A DNA stretch of 8,016 bases from Nitrososphaerota archaeon (lineage in GTDB: Archaea; Thermoproteota; Nitrososphaeria; Nitrososphaerales; UBA57), in NCBI GenBank assembly GCA_013306035.1, contig JABUBF010000014.1, positions 1 through 8,016 on the forward strand, read 5' to 3'. How positions within the stretch are numbered: the stretch's first letter is position 1; each line of letters begins with the position of its first letter. The notes under the pieces are model-generated. The model did no database searches. It saw only the letters and a list, made by a program, of their open reading frames with translations, and was not told the origin of the DNA. Positions 6,764 to 8,016 of this stretch are shown here, piece by piece. The translations under genes were made by a program, and so were the position numbers.

Positions 6764-7246
6764 ATGGAAATTATTTCAAGTTCTCTACTTATTCAGTTGC
6801 TGATTGCAGTTGTAATAGCATTAGGAGTAGTAATTGCTTGGGGAATATATTTTCCTCAGATTAAATTAAAATCAAAAGAAATAGAACCAGAAAGAAAAGC
6901 TGCATTTGGGAGTAATGAGATGTTCGAACAATTAAATTATTTTAATTCTAGGGGAAACTTTAATGAAGGGATAGTATTCGCTTATAACCTATTGAGAAAG
7001 AACTTATCTAATATGGATAAATATCCTAATGATGATTCACTGACTGAATATGAAACTATAAAAAAGACAGTAAGTGACATTCCTGAACTAGCTAATGTTT
7101 CAGCGTTGTTGTTATCAGCGTATGAACAATATGAATTAGCAAGATTTAGGACAATAACGGATTCTGGGAATTTAGATAATATGAACAATATATTAAGAAA
7201 TATAACAAAAAACAACAATTTCATCCTACGGAGGAATAATCAGTAA
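6764..7246 (+). CDS. Single-pass membrane protein with a cytoplasmic helical DUF4129-like domain
   Basis: 160-aa ORF with AAGGT (6752-6756) 7 nt upstream of the ATG. The N-terminal TM helix LLIQLLIAVVIALGVVIAWGIYF is followed by the Lys-rich PQIKLKSKEIEPERK, so by the positive-inside rule the C-terminal domain is cytoplasmic. SLTEYETIKK...LLLSAYEQYELARFR resembles the DUF4129 pattern (T-p-x-E-Y ... Y-E-x-A-R-Y/F), and that family is commonly encoded next to MoxR/DUF58 genes. Pattern match by eye only. Confidence 0.7.
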   Translation: MEIISSSLLIQLLIAVVIALGVVIAWGIYFPQIKLKSKEIEPERKAAFGSNEMFEQLNYFNSRGNFNEGIVFAYNLLRKNLSNMDKYPNDDSLTEYETIKKTVSDIPELANVSALLLSAYEQYELARFRTITDSGNLDNMNNILRNITKNNNFILRRNNQ

Positions 7247-7581
7247 TGGATATGTATATAATATTAACTGTGTCGCTATCTCTGGCAGTAGTAGGTTATT
7301 CATTCATTAAAAGAAGAGAAATCGATTCCTATATACAGAACAATCAGAGTAGTTTTATCTATGGTGCATTTTTAGATCTAAATGGTAAGGAACCAAACTA
7401 TTATCGAGTAACGCAAATATTGATACAAGAACTAGATGGTATAAATTTACGTCAAGAAAGTATAAATAATAATGATTTGCGTATAATTTCAAATTCAAAA
7501 AAAATGGAGGAAAAGGGATTTGTGGATGAAAGGATGTTCACAAAAATTAAGTTCTTGCATTCAATGTATACTATGAATTAG
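7246..7581 (+). CDS. Small hypothetical single-pass membrane protein
   Basis: 111-aa ORF whose ATG (7246-7248) overlaps the preceding TAA (7244-7246) by 1 nt. GGAGG (7230-7234) lies 11 nt upstream. The N-terminal hydrophobic helix IILTVSLSLAVVGYSFI is followed by KRRE, which predicts a cytoplasmic C-terminus. I recognise no domain. Confidence 0.62.
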   Translation: MDMYIILTVSLSLAVVGYSFIKRREIDSYIQNNQSSFIYGAFLDLNGKEPNYYRVTQILIQELDGINLRQESINNNDLRIISNSKKMEEKGFVDERMFTKIKFLHSMYTMN

Positions 7582-7593
7582 GAGTTGGATTGA

Positions 7594-8016
7594 ATGTTAG
7601 CAATGGAAATTCATGATAAAATTATTGAACAAATATCTGGTAAAATTATAGGAAAAGCTTTTGAGACCAGGCTATTAACAATTGCTTTGTTAGCTCAGGG
7701 ACATGCAATAATAGAAGGTGTACCAGGTATAGCAAAAACTCTATTAGCAAAATCATTCGCGAATATTCTTGAACTTGAATTTAAACGAATACAATTGACA
7801 TCAGACATGCTACCTTCAGATATAACTGGAACATTTGTATTCAATGTAAAAGAACAAGAATTTTTCTTTAGAAAAGGTCCATTATTTTCAAACATAGTAT
7901 TAGCAGACGAGATAAACCGAGGAATACCAAAAACACAATCTGCATTATTAGAAGCCATGCAAGAATATCAAGTGACTGTAGAAGGACAAACAGAAAAACT
8001 TTTGCAGCCATTCATG
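7594..8016 (+). CDS. moxR: MoxR-family AAA+ ATPase (MoxR-proper type), N-terminal 141 aa; continues beyond the window
   Basis: Hand translation gives MLAMEIHDKIIEQISGKIIGKAFETRLLTIALLAQGHAIIEGVPGIAKTLLAKSFANILELEFKRIQLTSDMLPSDITGTFVFNVKEQEFFFRKGPLFSNIVLADEINRGIPKTQSALLEAMQEYQVTVEGQTEKLLQPFM. Walker A is GVPGIAKT (7717-7740) and Walker B is VLADEINR. The MoxR hallmarks RIQ(F/L)T.D.LPSDITG and PKTQSALLEAM.E.QVT are both present. TGA at 7591-7593 closes the frame just upstream, and GGAG (7581-7584) lies 9 nt before the ATG. It is not in the ORF track because no stop falls in the window. Confidence 0.92.
   Translation, partial: MLAMEIHDKIIEQISGKIIGKAFETRLLTIALLAQGHAIIEGVPGIAKTLLAKSFANILELEFKRIQLTSDMLPSDITGTFVFNVKEQEFFFRKGPLFSNIVLADEINRGIPKTQSALLEAMQEYQVTVEGQTEKLLQPFM

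Noticed and set aside
6016-7224. Minus-strand ORFs of 67, 64 and 80 aa (6016-6219, 6125-6319, 6982-7224) opposite the small membrane-protein genes
   Set aside because: All are antisense to plus-strand genes that form a tightly spaced, SD-equipped operon. They have no motifs or start signals. These plus-strand genes are themselves only hypothetical, so this rejection is less certain than the others.
7496-7503. A8 homopolymer inside the 111-aa gene (codons for S-K-K-M), a possible slippage or phase-variation site
   Set aside because: The frame is intact through it, Lys-Lys codons readily produce such runs in AT-rich genomes, and nothing suggests an alternative downstream frame of any length.
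7695-7958. 87-aa minus-strand ORF near the right end
   Set aside because: It is antisense to the unmistakable MoxR AAA+ reading frame (Walker A, Walker B and the PKTQSALLEAM motifs on the plus strand).
1-8016. CRISPR arrays, tRNA/rRNA genes, transposase or integrase genes, and toxin-antitoxin or other defence modules
   Set aside because: I saw no regularly spaced direct repeats, no GC-rich structured RNA-like segments, no terminal inverted repeats and no ORFs with recombinase or nuclease motifs. The window is almost fully covered by the eight coding regions described.

Overview
AT-rich window (about one-third G+C by eye) with compact, archaeal-style gene organisation; the taxonomy is inference only. 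There are three blocks. (1) An ABC-transport block. It has a 3'-truncated substrate-binding protein (SBP) gene with a Tat signal on the minus strand (1-1496, TTG start, missing from the ORF track because it runs off the window). It also has a divergent MalK/PotA-type ATPase (1622-2740) and a second family-1 SBP-like gene with no export signal (2835-3995). No permease gene is in the window. (2) A perfect hairpin plus T-run at 4028-4063 that separates block 1 from block 3. (3) A tightly packed, apparently translationally coupled operon starting at 4136. It encodes a secreted, C-terminally membrane-anchored 8-bladed PQQ-dehydrogenase-like beta-propeller (4136-5971) and a Cys-free exported beta-sandwich-like protein (5973-6758). 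Two single-pass membrane proteins with predicted cytoplasmic domains follow (6764-7246, DUF4129-like; 7246-7581). The last gene is the 5' part of a MoxR-family AAA+ ATPase (7594-8016, also off-window). The main lead is this physical coupling of a quinoprotein-like propeller to a MoxR module, with an SBP-fold gene next door. It recalls the bacterial mxaF/mxaJ/mxaR methanol-dehydrogenase maturation logic but uses different, uncharacterised accessory proteins. All homology calls come from motif reading by eye; no searches were run.
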